Part shown: piece after piece, positions 1 through 11,278 of the stretch | Numbering within the stretch: the stretch's first letter is position 1 | How the letters are laid out: each line of letters opens with the position of its first letter | Assembly (NCBI GenBank): GCA_016748015.1 | Contig: JAAOMT010000097.1 | Coordinates: forward strand, 1 to 64,000 | Source of the DNA: Geosiphon pyriformis uo1 | Taxonomy: Eukaryota > Fungi > Glomeromycota | Direction of reading: 5' to 3' | DNA length: 64,000 nt | The notes under the pieces: model-generated | What the model was told of the DNA's origin: nothing | Seen by the model: only the letters and a program-made list of their open reading frames with translations | Databases searched by the model: none | Translations under genes and position numbers: made by a program

Positions 1-801
1 GCAAATTTCATCTATGAAGACATTATTTGTAGACATGGATGCCCAATTGAACTTTTATCCGATCAAGGAACACATTTTGTAAACAACTTGATACAAGAAA
101 TTTGTGAACGATTCAACGTCAAAAGACCTTTATCATCACCTTACCACCCCCAAACAAATGGACTTGTAGAACGTTTCAACAGAACATTGTGTGAATCACT
201 AGCCAAAGTCTCAACGGATTTTGAACAAGAATGGAACATTTTTATTCCATCAGTGTTACTAGCATACAGAACACTAAAACAAGATACTACAAAGCACACA
301 CCATTTGACTTAACTTATGGGAGGACAGCAACGTTACCAGTAAATTTTACAGTGGAAACATACCCAGTGCAACCAATTACAGAAAAAAACTTCCAAGAAA
401 CACTTCAACAAAGAGCCTACACCCTTCTCAGCACATTGGAAGGAAAACGACGAATTGCAGCCACCCATATTGAACACTCCCAAGCTCAACAAAAAGAACG
501 GCATGACAACAAATTGCCACCAGCTACCAACGAATTCAAAGTTGGAAATAAAGTTCTCTTACATAGAACTAAGGCTGAAAAACAATGGAGTGGAAAATTT
601 GAACACAAATGGGATGGACCATTTTATATACACGAAATACTAGGCAATGGATCATACAAGTTAAGACTTGATGACAAAATCCTAGCAAAAGTTGCACATG
701 GAGACCGTTTGAAACACTATCATTCCAGAACCAATCCTGAACCATTAATCCCACAAATTGGTACACATTCCCCTTTAATTAATCCTGAAGATATTCCATG
801 A
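1..801 (+). CDS. Gypsy pol C-terminus: integrase core plus GPY/F module (5'-partial)
   Basis: Frame 1 is open from base 1: ...LLSDQGTHF...YHPQTNGLVERFNRTL (second D and the E of the DDE motif) and KWDGPFYIHEILGNGSYKL (GPF module). Confidence 0.95.
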   Translation, partial: ANFIYEDIICRHGCPIELLSDQGTHFVNNLIQEICERFNVKRPLSSPYHPQTNGLVERFNRTLCESLAKVSTDFEQEWNIFIPSVLLAYRTLKQDTTKHTPFDLTYGRTATLPVNFTVETYPVQPITEKNFQETLQQRAYTLLSTLEGKRRIAATHIEHSQAQQKERHDNKLPPATNEFKVGNKVLLHRTKAEKQWSGKFEHKWDGPFYIHEILGNGSYKLRLDDKILAKVAHGDRLKHYHSRTNPEPLIPQIGTHSPLINPEDIP

Positions 802-977
802 AATTTAGAACCAATAATTATAATAGAACAACAACCAAACTTGAACACTTAATTTAGCATATTATAACCCCTTTAATAAAAAAATAGTAAATAAATTCAA
901 AAGAAAACCCAAAACCAAAAACAAATAAAAACCCGATACCCAAAAATAATTTCTTTATTCTTTTAGTCATTTTTATC

Positions 978-1685
978 ATGATTATCCCCCGAAATATTCA
1001 ACAAATATCCCAAAAATTAATGTTAGCCTTGAGAACACTTCCTGACTTATCCATAACAATTAATGGAAGTCAAATTAATTACATTCAAAAAGAAACCCCA
1101 GCCCCAGCAGTCAACAATTCTCAGAATTATCACCCTTATAGAAGAAAAACTAGAAGTCAGTCTGGAAAACAATTACCAGAACTTGTAGAGCAAGCGCTAA
1201 AAGAAAACCTCTTATTTGCCCCTATTGACATTTCACCAAATGCCACAATCCAACAAAAACTTCTACTACTGCTTAATGAACAAAACAATGAACATACCCT
1301 TATTTATAAATACTTTCATATTGGAAAAACACTTTATGAACGAAAACTGGAACTTGAAGCAACAAACCTCACTCCTGAAGCTATACAAAAACAAATTCAT
1401 AAGGAATTCAAGACAGCAGCTGGACCAACAAACACTCACTACAAACTTAGAGCAGCTTTTAGACTCTATGATTTGTTCAACACTTGCGAAAATGTCCTAC
1501 AAAACCCAATACTTCAACAAATGAAGATTCAGTATATTGGAAAACTCACAGAACTGAAATTTCAACAATTTTCAGACCAGATCACTTCAATCATTTTGGA
1601 CTACTATCTTAATATCACAGATAGTGCTTGGACTTCGACGGAGCTCAGTCTTGAGGAGGAGATTATGTTACCAGTAGAATTCTAG
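978..1685 (+). CDS. Accessory ORF3 of Gypsy family A (235 aa, unknown function, env position but not env-like)
   Basis: Intact ATG-initiated ORF between pol and the 3' LTR, running through the PPT into the LTR. No signal peptide or TM segment is visible. A decayed homolog lies in the family B relic at about 59002-60615. Confidence 0.8.
   Translation: MIIPRNIQQISQKLMLALRTLPDLSITINGSQINYIQKETPAPAVNNSQNYHPYRRKTRSQSGKQLPELVEQALKENLLFAPIDISPNATIQQKLLLLLNEQNNEHTLIYKYFHIGKTLYERKLELEATNLTPEAIQKQIHKEFKTAAGPTNTHYKLRAAFRLYDLFNTCENVLQNPILQQMKIQYIGKLTELKFQQFSDQITSIILDYYLNITDSAWTSTELSLEEEIMLPVEF
1653..1662 (+). other. Polypurine tract (PPT)
   Basis: GAGGAGGAGA ending 3 nt before the TGTTACCAG LTR start. 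Confidence 0.85.
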
Positions 1686-2634
1686 CTATTAATTAGCATG
1701 AAATTTCTTTTATAATTCCTATCATTAATTAACATATATTATTATCGTTTCGAATTTCACTTATTATTTAATCAAATTAGCAATTATCATCATTTAATCA
1801 ATAACCCGATTTGGACCATAGAAATTGAGATGATCAATTTACACAATACCCTGAACCATATAACATAGCCAAAATTCGCCGAAATTAATGAAAATTGGCC
1901 GAAATAATTCATAGTTCAGCGAAATAACTTGTAGTTTGCCGAAATGTATCTTTAGTTCACCGAAATTCTAGAAAAGAGAAAAAGTGCAAGTTCAAAGACT
2001 AGTACTACAACAAGTTGTATAAAAGAAGAGCTTCTCTCTTCAAGAAAATGTATCTTCTCATATCTTACCATAGTATCTTACTTTAGGTATCTTAATTAGA
2101 ACAAATCACTTTTTACATATCTCAAATAAAAATTAAATATTCGAAAACCAAATCCTTTGATTATTACACTTGAAATTCTCTCAACACAACTAACATTTTG
2201 AAATTGATTAGCTACCAATTTCAGTAATCTGTTAGTGACTCCAGGCCTGGATAGAAAACGTTTCCTTGACAAAATTCTATTTCTTTACATTTCTTTTATT
2301 TTTCTCTTTCTTTTCTTATCATAATCATTTGAGTAGCCTACAGACGAGATTCCTGTAGAAGAGTTGACTTTCACAGCAAAGTAACTACACATTTTTAGTG
2401 AGCTTTCAGATGAGCAATTCCTGGAAAAGAGTTGACGTTTACTACAACGTAACTACATAAAGTAACTGGCACGGAATTGGCCATTCCACTTATAAGCCCA
2501 GCGGTTCAAATTATAGGAGATAATTTGAAGATAAATTCAGTTATCGAAGGTTCAACTACTTCCTCTAGTCGTGAATAAAACAGCAAAACAACATCAAAAC
2601 CTTCAAGAAAAGAGACCAAAAACCTCTGGTAACA
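1666..2634 (+). repeat. Family A LTR (969 bp)
   Basis: 9-bp terminal inverted repeat TGTTACCAG...CTGGTAACA; TATA-like GTATAAAAG at about 2017; homologous decayed copies at 55037-55953 and 59550-60506. Confidence 0.93.
1871..1970 (+). repeat. Five copies of a ~20-bp tandem repeat in LTR-A U3 (core CGAAAT)
   Basis: aaaattcgccgaaattaatg / aaaattggccgaaataattc / atagttcagcgaaataactt / gtagtttgccgaaatgtatc / tttagttcaccgaaattcta, upstream of the TATA-like box. Confidence 0.8.
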
Positions 2635-5056
2635 GCGTCAGTATACATCGCAATAATTGGTTTGGCTTCAAAAGCGGCTCCACTAAATAATGGTGTTGCA
2701 ACTGTTTCCTCAAATTCGAATGGGAAGATAGCAGCCAATGACTCATCTTCAGTGATGGTAGCAGGTGGAATATTACTGGTGAGTGGTTGTTTTTGGGTAA
2801 ATGCCGAGTTATTGGTTGAAGTGTCTTCTGAGATGACCAGGAGACTTAAATAGTTCTGGGAATTTGGGTTCTGGGGTTGACCAGTACCCGAATTCCACTG
2901 GCGTAATCCAGATAGTTGCTGTAAAGAACTGGGGATTGGTTGATGAACTACTATTGCTGATCTCCAGCTTTGTTGAGTCATTCTCAGTCTTTGGGTTCCA
3001 TTAGGTAGTAAGCTTTGGGACGGTGTTTGGATCTGTTGGGATTGATAGATTATTTGTGGCTGTGGTTAATATATTACTTGTGGCTGCGGTTGATAAATCG
3101 GAGGTTAATATACTGGAGACTGATAGACTGAGGACTGCGTCACTAGTAGGTAAGTGGGTGGGTTTTGATTTGGGTACTGATTCGGAGTTTGGAACTGGCG
3201 ATCAGGGTTTCAATATGGATTTCCCGATTGTTGATTATTTAAACACTGGTAACACTCAATTTGGATATGTTCTTGTTTACCACAATAGTGGCAGATATGC
3301 ATTTCCTGTTGCCACTGTTGATTGGTTAATAAGGATGGACATAGTTGATTTTGGGCACAATTAGAGTTTCTTTGATTATTGTATCATTGTGGAAGCTGAT
3401 AAATGACGTGATTGTCAGTTAAGTATCCTTCCAATCTCTTGTTGATTGATTCACTGAACTTCTCTAATTTGGAATCCAATTCAGATGATCCATTCATTAT
3501 TAGATTAACAGCTTGGGCATGGTTAGCCTCTGACTTAGTGGATTCAAAATCTTTGGCGTGTGTGACTGCATCTTAAAGGGTGCCTGGATGCAACAGACGT
3601 ACATGTTGCAAGATGCTGCTGCACAGGCCATGGATAAACTGATTGAGTATCTGTGGTGCTGTGAAATAGTTGGCGTCAATTGCTTGAATTTGGCATAGGT
3701 TTCAATGGAAGCATCCCAGATAAGTGGTGACTGCTATAGTTTCTCCTTGTTTTATAGTGGTGAATGCATTGACTAGGTGATTGATGCTGTTATTGTTGCT
3801 GATGTATCTTAGAAATTTCGCTTTGAAGGCATTAAAATCTTGTGGTTTATTAATCAAGCTCTGGTACCATGAATTGGTGGTGTCCTTGAGAAAGTAGGAA
3901 ATGGCTTGCATTACTCGAGTGTCATTTCATCCATTGGCTGCAATGGCCTTTTCTACATCATTCAGCCATATTTGAGTGTCATTTTCTTCGCCTATAAAGT
4001 TGTCAAGTTTTGCGATTGGTGCATAGGCCATTGGATCTAAGTTAGGTGGTTGTGGTGGCTGTTGAAGCAGTTGTTGTTGTCCTGACTGTTGGGGTGGTAG
4101 CTGAAGTGGCTGCTGTATGGGTTCAGCTATGGAATTAATCAGCAGTTGATCGATGATGATTACTGAAGATAAGTTTTGCTAATTAATTAATTCGGGTTTT
4201 TGATTTCTTTGATTTGGTGGTGTTCGAATATTCGGAGTTTCAATTTCCGGATTTTCTAACTGTTGTTGAGTTTGAATGTTCGGGGTTTCAACTTCCAGGT
4301 TTTCAGTGATCGGGTGCTGGTAAGTGAATTCTTGATCTTCTGATTTTTCTTCCTCCTTTTCTGATTCTACTGCTTCCCACAGATCAGAGATTCCAAAATC
4401 TGGTGGAGGCGGTGGTGATCAAAGTCCTAATGGGATTGATAATCACGAATTAAATCCCTCAAAGTATTCGCCATATGGTCCTAACAATTCTGTTTTTTTT
4501 TGTCTACTTTGGAATGGGAATCATCCAAATGCTGATGTCACAGTTGATGGAAACATGTTAGTTGATGATATGTTGATAGCACTTTCAGGTGTATAGTGGT
4601 ATGATAAGTTGCTTGGGGATTCAGCTCTGTTTTTCTTCCAAGCAAGTGGCTGTATTTTTCAGGTGTTACTGCTGGGGTTTGTAATTTTCTCTTGCCTTTA
4701 CTAGCATATGTAATTGGATATTTTTGTTAAGTGTGGTGTTCAATTTTTTTGTTGATCTCAATGATGATGGATGCAAAATTATGATTTGTTGGTAGGTTGG
4801 TGTTTTGAATTAATTCCTTATAAAAAGTTTCTCTTCCTGATTCAGTATTTACTAGTGTTCCTAATAAAGAGGAAATCTTTTCGTTGATGTAGAAATTGAA
4901 GGCTGATTCGGTAGATATATGATTGTGGTTTAATCTCAAGTATTGACAATAGTGTTGAAATAAGGATTTTGTGAATTCCAAATGGTTTGCTCCTATAATT
5001 TCTGATTCTGCCACTTTTGGTTTGGTGTTGTCGGTGCTGGTTCTCTGTAGGATTAT
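2635..5056 (-). pseudogene. Family B gag-polyprotein N-terminus (in-frame stops)
   Basis: MAYAPIAKLDNFIGEENDTQIWLNDVEKAIAANG*...MQAISYFLKDTTNSWYQSL...TIKQGE (retrotransposon capsid-like). It ends at MYTDA; in the relic copy at about 53070 this motif is followed by a decayed LILDSG-type protease motif. Confidence 0.85.
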
Positions 5057-5057
5057 A

Positions 5058-5074
5058 CCTCACAGAGAGCACCA
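5058..5074 (-). other. Primer binding site, tRNA-Met(elongator)-like
   Basis: The minus strand reads GTAACA-TT-TGGTGCTCTCTGTGAGG, complementary to a tRNA 3' end ...CCTCACAGAGAGCACCA. The isoacceptor is inferred from resemblance to eukaryotic tRNA-Met(e) 3' ends. Confidence 0.8.
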
Positions 5075-5076
5075 AA

Positions 5077-5951
5077 TGTTACAGGTAATTATTTTTGTTG
5101 TTGTATTGAATAACAAACTCATAACTTGGTGCTCAAAAGCTACTTTCGTGGATAATGTGCTGAAGGTGTGATATCTGAAGGTTTTGGTTGATCTGAAGGT
5201 TTTGTTGTGGAGTTCTTTGTATAATGGACAGAGATTTAGTGGTAATGGTAGTAGTTTTTCTGAAGTCGCAATTATGCCCAATTTCTTTCTCAGCTTGGCG
5301 GCCGGATTTATTCTGGCAGTTGTGTCCTTCTGGTAAGCTATCTGTTAATATATATAATTCTACCCTTATTTCTGGGTTTTTTATCAGACTATCCTTGATG
5401 TCAATAACTCAGTGCTTAATCTTTTTACTTAATTAGTATACAACAACAAAATCAAAAAAAGAAAAGAAAATAAAAAGAAAGAAAATAAAATTAAAAAAAA
5501 TAAAAAAAATAAGCCAAGACAATTTGGTACGTTAGTATCTCGTCAATAGCTGTGATCAAGAGCTATTGTTCTAGCATGGTTAAGTATCAATTACTATCAA
5601 CATGAAGTGTTGATAGTGGAGAGTGAATTGAGATATGGAATAATTATTTATTTGATGATTGGTTTCTTGGTTAAGGATTCTGTGGTATTGATTCTGTCTT
5701 TTTTGTTTCTAACACTATTGCTATATATACATAATTGGGATTCCTCAATTCCTCAATTTTTCACGACAGGAATCCTGGAATTCCTGGAATCCTGCGATTC
5801 CTTTGAGAGGAATCCTGGAATTCTGAAATCCTGCAATTTCTTGTCAGGGAATTCTAAAATTCCTGGAATCTTGGAATTCCACATTTACTATGCTTACTTC
5901 TGATTGGCTAATAATTATGCTAATATATTTCCTATATTTCTATGAGTAACA
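5077..5951 (-). repeat. Family B 5' LTR (875 bp)
   Basis: TGTTAC...GTAACA termini; GGAATTCC/GGAATCC sub-repeats at 5740-5880; TATA-like GTATATATAG; followed by the PBS; homologous to 50151-50856 and 60595-61423. Confidence 0.88.
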
Positions 5952-8900
5952 GCAAATTGGTCTTAAGCTTCAAACCCTTCCTCAACATTTTGTTCTACTT
6001 CTCACATACACTCTTAGAAATACAGCTGAACTATAATCTATATCCAACTATGAACTGTAGAACAGCAGAAACCAAATACAGAAACTGCTTCTTAGTAATG
6101 GTTTTTCTTAAAACCATATTTGAAAAAAACTTGACATTTGAATGAGCTTTGGCCAAACTTGGCTTAGACAGGCCATCCATAGAAAAAAAAATTCCTAAGT
6201 ATTGGTAAGACTCATTTTTTTTGGCAATAGAGATTCTAGAACCACTAATAGACAATAAAACCTCTCTGGCTCCTTAATTAATAGGAATAGCAACCATTTT
6301 GTCTGTATTAATAGCAATGTTATTGATTAAGAAAAAATCACTTGCAATATCCAAAATATGCTGTGCAGCTGCCAGGCAGTTCTCAACCCAAATAGTATTA
6401 TCCACAAAGGCACTAGCCACAAAAAAAGAAGTTTTGCTACCCTTAGGATTAACTCTACTGGTCCTAATAAAAATTTTTGAATTTAACCTATATCCATGCA
6501 ATTGTTCATGCTTCTTGACCTCACAAAACAGAGGATCATAGAAGATTCTTTACAGCAATAGTAAGAAAACTTCCTCTTGATCTAACCCATTATGAACAGT
6601 ATATCTATCAGTGAGTCCAAAGTCTGTCATTACTTGGTTGGTCTAACTATTGTATATGTTTCCAAAAAATTCAATAAAATGGAAACACATCTTAATTTTA
6701 ACCAAACTGTTCTATAAATAGGGCCATCCAACTGAGTTGTAAGCTTTTTGCATATCTTGAAGTACCAGCCACAGCTTTTTATTCTTTTCAAGTACATTCT
6801 TAATGATAGAGCCAATAGTAAAAATTGGAGTTTGAGTAGATGTACTCTTCAAAACTAAGAAATTATCATCACAAAAAACATTAAATTTACTGCATGCCAG
6901 AGATATCCTGTCAGAAAGAATCTTAAACAGTATCTTCCTGATTGTTTCAACTAAAGCTATAGGTCTGGTATTGATGAGTGTCCCCTCCCAGTCATATGAC
7001 TTCAGTATCATAGAGATCCAGGCTTGTTTCTACTATAGAGGGACTGCACTCAACTCCAAACACACATTGAGAATATCCAACAAACCACCCAGAATCTGAG
7101 CATTTCCATGCTATCATAGCTCATTAGGAATACCAGAAATGCCAGCAGCTTTCCCATCAGACAGTTCTTTGACCACTAGGAGAAACTCATCTAATCCAAT
7201 CACATCCATGACATTTGAGAATGCTCTATCACTAACATAGTCCAAGGGAGCATATTGATTAGACTAATAAACAGACAGAGAGATAGGAGCAACCCATTCT
7301 CTTGTCTATTTTTCTATAATACCATCAACAGCTAATTTAACTTTTTTGGGTTCTAAAATTAACTCATTATCTACTATTAGATGATCCAGTACTACTTTCC
7401 TAAATGGCTGGTCTAAAACACTTTTGATCATATGTTCTTTATTGGAGCTAAAGAATTTTATGTGCTTGTCTATTGCTTTTTTGATTGAAATGTTTCTGAC
7501 CACCCTAAATTCATAATATTTGGACTTTTGTTACAATTTTTTGATTCTTGATAGGTGTAGAAGAATGTTCTCCCTACTTTCACTATTATTAAACATTGTG
7601 CATGCTTTAGATGCCCTCTTACTATCAAGAGTAGACCATACCTTAAAGAGGCAAACAGTTTTTGACTCCTGATCTAAGCTTAAACACTTTATCAACTTGG
7701 CCACTAGTAATTCCAGCTTAAAGAACTTTGAAGACTGCTTATTTTTTAGACAATTAAACTCACTAAACCAATGTCTAAAAAACACACTATTAGCTAAGCT
7801 TGTAACCACTTCCTTAAGAATTTTCCACATAGTATCCAAATTTTTAGTAATCTTTGCACTATTGAAAATATCTATATATTCCAAGAACTTGTCTAATAAA
7901 TATTCTTTAAATTAAGTCCACTTATTAGCATCAGCATCCTTGATCTTAAATTTCCACTTATCCTTATTGGCCTGTTTATGTTCACCATTGAGCTAGGCAT
8001 CCAAGAGACTACCCAAACCAATTAAGACCAAGACAGCATTATGATTAGTGTCAAAAAAATCAGAGACAGAAGTAACTTCGTAACCAGCCAATACAGACAA
8101 CAAACTTTTACTTATGAAAATGTAGTTGATAACCTTCACAGCATCCTAGAAATTGCTCCAAGTAGGGGCTTTGATCAGAGAGTGTCCATTAAAAATATTG
8201 ACCAATCCTAAATCTGAGCAGAACTTAAAACTAGTACTCTTCTTATATTCATCTTCATTGAAATCACTGCCCAGAACCACAAATGTGGAGAAGTTAATAG
8301 CCTTAGCAATAAAAGAGTTGATTTTGCAAGCTTGGCCAAACCTGGTTCTAGCAGAAGCACCTGCATATAGGCCCAAAAACACTACTGACAACTTGGGCTT
8401 GAAAAGAAGCCAAACCAAATAAAAATAACCAGGAATCTCCTCAACTTTAGACATATAATGTGCAAAAGAATTGTTCATAATAATTGTCACTCCAGCACCA
8501 AGAAATTCTTTGTCTAAACCAAAAGAAAATATTCTCACCCCATCAAACTTATTTATAATCTAAGACCTAGCATTGAATTTTAACTTCATTTCCATAATAA
8601 TAGAAACCATATTTCTAGAATTTACATGTCAATAAACAACATCTTTCTGCTTGGCAGGGACATTGATACTATGAACATTGCATGTTGTAATTTTCCAAAC
8701 CAGATCTATCATTAAGAAAGATGAACAGCAGGAACCAAATCAGCATTGTTTATCTTGGCTGAAAAACCCATAACCATGATTGAAAAATTGTTCAAAGTTT
8801 TTTTCATTTTAGAGATAACCAAAGGGTTAAAAACCGTCACTTTTGCAATAGCCTTACTACCAGTGGCCACACCTGAACTCTTACTCATCACTATATCTAC

Positions 8901-10630
8901 CCCTTGATTCTGTAATGAAGAGGTCACCAATGACTGACATCCAGGGTTAAGCTGGGAAACTGTTGGCCTAAATAAGTTTAATCTCATAGCCAACTTGTCA
9001 ACACATTCTGCAAGACTGGCAAAACTATGCTTAAGAGTGGCAAACCTGTCATTTAATTCCATAGATACCACTGGAATAGGTTTTATCTCTGAAGAGGAAC
9101 CAGAAGCAGTTGAGCCATTGCACACAGGGAGAGGAGAGAACAAAAACCTACCAACAATATTGGCCCATGAAACACCACCAAAAGAAACAGGATGAGAGAT
9201 TAGAGCAGAGCATCTAGCATAAATAGAAGCCAGTCTGCTTTTATTATCATCTGACAATAACCTGTAAGTTGGACTACCAGAAAAAACATTCTCACCCACA
9301 GAACAACTCAGCAATATATGGTCTAAATTCCCACACTTATTATACTTAACAGAACTCAGGTAAGACCAACACAAATTGGCACCTTTTAAGACAGGTATAG
9401 TTTCCATAACAACATTAATTAAAGCTATAGAGTTAAAACAAACAACAGCACATCTGACCTGGACATATATAACAAGATGTCGATTGATAACACATGTTTT
9501 TCCACCCACAGAGCCAACAAAGTCCCAAATATCATAAGCATTGGTGCCCATTGGCAGTGTATAGAGCAAAGTCTTATGCTAATCCCTTGTGTCTCATGAT
9601 TTCTTGTCTACACTAGCCTTGGCCACTCTCACAGCATCTTTTTTGATTAAAATAAACCATCTATCTGCGACCAAATCAGTCTAATCTGATTGGGCAAATT
9701 TAACCACAGCTTTTTGCCATAGTCCTACCAATTGTATTTTGATTGACACAACAGAACCAAATTCAGAAAGCACAGCACACACAGTCTCAGCTAATGTTCT
9801 AACTGGAATTTTTTTTTTTATTACAGTCCAATCTGAGTGACCAGTTGATTTTTTGAGATTAGTGTTTACCAAAATATTCACCACTCTTGTTTTTTCTGTA
9901 GTCTGTGCCAAACTAGATTTAGAAGTGAAGGAAACATAAATGACTTCTGAAAATTTTGAGAAAGTAGAAGTTTTCCCAAAACCATTGACTTTTGAAAACA
10001 ATTTCCTAATTACCATCAGCTTATTACGAAAGGATTTTTAAACCACTTTATCCAAGTTGATATCCAAAGCAAAAAATTTTCTAACAGCAACAGTAACCAA
10101 GTTCTTTAAGAGAAGGGAAAGTTCCAAGAAAACATCCAAGAAAACATTATCATTATTATCATTACAACCTGAGAAATCAATTTTTCTTAATGGCTTACCC
10201 AATGCTTTCTTAGTTTTGATATCTGGCTCCTTAGGTGTTTGATCATAATTCTTATTAGCAACAGTTCCACTCTTACCATAATCAAAGCTAGTTTTCTCTA
10301 CCAGACACTCTTCCTCCATATCAATGCTTTTAGACTCAGTAGTGTTACCAGTCTCAAAGCCCCATGAATGATTATCCAGTGCCTTAGTCAGAACCCTTTT
10401 CCACCAACACCCTCCTTCAAAGCAACACTTTTTCTCTTTTTCCTTAACAAAGCAGACTTGAGACCCCCACCAAAACTAGATTCTTTAGTAATCTTTCTCA
10501 TGATGGTAATACTAGGGCTAACAGTGGCTTCGAAATCAAAAAATGGTTTGGTTTTATTATACTGAATGTTGAAAAAACTTCTCTCAAAAAATTTTTGACT
10601 CATTTTTGGAATTTTTGGGATGAACAAGAG
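5952..10630 (-). mobile_element. LINE (non-LTR retrotransposon) copy 1, decayed: ORF1, APE and RT, cut on its 3' side by the family B insertion
   Basis: Colinear with the plus-strand copy at 11148-15822: WKITTCNV, GSDFN, RPIAL, QDMQKAYNSV, FVDNT, YLGIF. Confidence 0.93.
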
Positions 10631-11278
10631 ATATTTTATTATAATATTAATTTTATTATAAATAATATGTAATTAATTATTTAAACTACTTCAAATTAAA
10701 CATAAAAAACAAACTTTGTATATTTATTTTATTAATATAATATTTTAAATTTACTTAATTATAACTTAAATACTTTTTTATTATTTTTAAAATTAAAATT
10801 TTGAAAATTGAAAAAAATTATTAATTAATTAAATATATTTTTATTTATAAAAAAACTTGTTTTATTAATTATATTTTTATTATTTAAAAAATTGTTACCA
10901 AATTTATTTTTAAAATTAAAAAAGCTTTTTTATATATTAGCAATTAAATTAATTATATTATTAAAATGTTTTTTAAAATAAATTTTTAAATATTTATTAT
11001 AAAAACAAAATTTTTTGTAATTAATAAAAATGTAATTAAATTTACCAAAAAACCAATAAGTTTAATTACAAATTTAATTAATTGAACCAATTTTTATATT
11101 AAAATTTCAAAAATATTAACTTAATATAATAGTAAAAAAACTTTTTTCTCTCCTTCATCCCAAATTCCTAAAAAAGAGTCATAAGTTTTTTGAAAAAGAA
11201 GTTTTTACAATTCAATATGATAAATCCAAACCGTTTCTACTTGATTACAAGGCCATTGTTGGTCCCAGTATTGCTGTG

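Larger units (their letters stand above)
1..2634 (+). mobile_element. Ty3/Gypsy LTR retrotransposon family A, 3' part (integrase, ORF3, PPT, 3' LTR); the youngest insertion of the left nest
   Basis: Integrase ORF, then an extra ORF, polypurine tract and TG...CA LTR. Its right end interrupts the minus-strand family B polyprotein at ...AMYTDA|. Confidence 0.93.
2635..5951 (-). mobile_element. Ty3/Gypsy family B, 5' part (5' LTR, PBS, gag), interrupted by family A just before the protease
   Basis: LTR 5951-5077, PBS and a gag with stops. It is inserted into LINE ORF2 at ...LKLKTNL|. Confidence 0.9.

Noticed and set aside
978-1685. ORF3 as an env gene
   Set aside because: No signal peptide, fusion peptide or TM anchor is visible.
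2338-2520. Hammerhead or twister ribozyme in LTR-A
   Set aside because: No CUGANGA/GAAA core; twister-like words (UAA, AAGCCC) could not be fitted to the consensus by eye.
5540-5567. TGTTCT at 5567 as the LTR-B end with a self-priming hairpin PBS (and 61039-61423 as a tandem second unit)
   Set aside because: The better-supported end is at 5077 (GTAACA plus a TGG-initiated PBS), and the relic ends at 61423 with TSD TTGT.
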